Below are positions 62,640-64,000 of a stretch of 64,000 bases of DNA, in pieces (position 1 is the first letter of the stretch; every line of letters starts with the position of its first letter). This DNA is from Chiloscyllium plagiosum (Eukaryota): NCBI RefSeq assembly GCF_004010195.1, contig NC_057719.1:71750055-71814054 (forward strand), in the 5' to 3' direction. The position numbers were made by a program, and so were the translations under genes. Under the pieces are notes generated by a model. That model was not told the DNA's origin, did no database searches, and was given only the letters and a program-made list of their open reading frames with translations.

Positions 62640-63200
62640 TTGGTACCTTTAGAGCTTCTTAGTTTGTTCGTATCCCTTGGGTGATGTCAGAACTACTGGT
62701 TCCTTCTTATTACCATTGTCCCTCAGCACTCCTGGACAATGTCTCGAGGATGGAACACTTGGCCTGCAACTGGAAATCCCATTGAAGCCTGGATTGTAAG
62801 TTTCACAACATGCATGAAGTGACAGATGCCATCCTATCCTTACCTGAAAATTTACACAGATCATCGATATCGTTACTTAACAATATACAATAACAATCAA
62901 GGCCTGACTGCAGCCCCTTCTTAATGTAAAAGAGGTCTGTTCTTAAAAATAATTTTGTTTGCAGTTTATTTCAAAGCTGCCAAACAGCCTTTATGGTAAC
63001 GTTTGTGCCTGAACATCCAATGCCAAGAAGCAATGGGTTTATGCATAAGTCTTTATGTCACCAAGGAGGTATCTCAGAATCTCAGACCACTCACTGTAGC
63101 CGATGGAAATTGTAAAAGACTAATAAGAAAAGCACCCCAAATACTAGGGTTACAGCTTCAGCGAGTACAGCATTGATTCTGCTGGCTTCACACAATATTC
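62640..63200 (-). mobile_element. Possible decayed Gypsy integrase C-terminal region
   Basis: Frameshifted WG..LIS..QFP..RLMHKP, FLAL.MFR and PRDIVQ..GTMVIRRNQ resemble WG..H.TSSP.YP, LALL.YR and PRSY.V....G...RRNR motifs. Confidence 0.4.
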
Positions 63201-63230
63201 ATCAAAATGACCTGGCAACAAAAAGCTGGT

Positions 63231-63417
63231 CAAAAGTGAGGACAGCAAATGCTGGAAACTAGAGTTTAGATCAATGTGGTGCTGGAAAAGCACAGCAGGT
63301 CAGGCAGCATCCGAGGAGCAGGAAAATCGATGTTTCGGGCTTTTGCCCAAAACATTGATTTTCCTGCTCCTCGGATGCTGCCTGACCTGCTGTGCTTTTC
63401 CAGCACCACTCTGATTA
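63231..63417 (-). mobile_element. Fold-back PLE-derived element, family A, exact 14-bp TSD
   Basis: TSD aacaaaaagctggt at 63217-63230 and 63418-63431; arms turn around on gggc-tttt-gccc at about 63337-63348. Confidence 0.85.
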
Positions 63418-63559
63418 AACAAAAAGCTGGTGACTTGTGTGTAGTGCAAGGTGAATGCATTGCAATGCTTGAATCCACTTTCAAAGATTTTCAGTATAAA
63501 CCACGTAAAGCATTGTTTAAATCATGTAAAGCATTGAAACCATGGATGGAATTCTCCGC

Positions 63560-64000
63560 TCTACTCAGTGGCATGTAGAAGGTGGGAAAATACAGGGAGA
63601 ATGAAAAACACCAGAAACTCCTAAGGGAATGACATGTATTGATATGCAAGGGGATCTTGGTATACAGGTCCACAGATCACTGAAGGTGGTAGCGCAGATA
63701 GATAATGTAGTAAAATAAGCCTATGGCATGTTTGCCTCCATCGGAAGGGACATTGAGTATAAGGATGGAGAAGTTATGCTGCAGCTTTATGGATCTTTAG
63801 TTAGGCCACACTGGAATATTGCATACAGTTCTGGTCACCACACCACCAGAAGGATAAGGATGCTTTGAAGCAGAAATAGAAAAGGTTTACCAGGATGTTG
63901 CCTAGTATGGAGGATTTTAGCTATGAAGAGAAATTGGATAGACTGGGTTTGTTTTCACTGGAACACAGGAGGTTGAGGGCCAATCCAATAGAAGTTTATA
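63560..64000 (+). mobile_element. CR1 LINE ORF2 3' part, running off the window
   Basis: gggatcttggtatacaggtccacag, gttaggccacactggaatattgcatacagttctggtcacc, tttaccaggatgttgcc. Confidence 0.88.

Noticed and set aside
62640..62864. Minus-strand exon candidate after ttttcag
   Set aside because: Stops in all frames; better explained as a decayed Gypsy integrase tail.
824..63417. Palindromic repeats as a CRISPR array or a classical MITE family
   Set aside because: Dispersed, no repeat-spacer periodicity, eukaryotic context; long variable TSDs and asymmetric arms do not fit DNA MITEs.
22919..63578. Recurrent peptides MLPDLL.FSS and CCWKSAAGQAAS in many ORFs
   Set aside because: Chance translations of the non-coding family A repeat, not a protein family.

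Overview
Repeat-dense vertebrate genomic DNA from a cartilaginous fish, almost certainly a shark. It carries HE1 SINEs and HER1-like CR1 LINEs; a carpet/bamboo shark is my guess only. I found no host protein-coding exon, rRNA, tRNA gene or CRISPR array that I can support, so the window reads as a long intron or gene desert with two assembly gaps. Nearly all ORFs in the track are decayed CR1 ORF2 pieces or their antisense shadows. Besides many nested CR1/L2-group LINEs and SINEs, manual translation reveals relics of two PIF/Harbinger transposases, Gypsy LTR retrotransposon pol/integrase, a short solo LTR, two Tc1/pogo MITEs and two Penelope-like element (PLE) endonuclease C-termini. The most notable signal is about 15 short non-coding elements from at least four sequence families, most still carrying a recognisable minimal hammerhead-ribozyme-like core (CUGANGA - stem II - GAAA - short palindrome - UH). 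Five form 165-235 bp fold-back insertions flanked by 8-15 bp target-site duplications, with the inversion point at or next to the ribozyme. A LINE with a tRNA-like 5' head, whose head and tail alone make up a SINE elsewhere in the window, is also notable. Boundaries of old elements are approximate and were read by eye.
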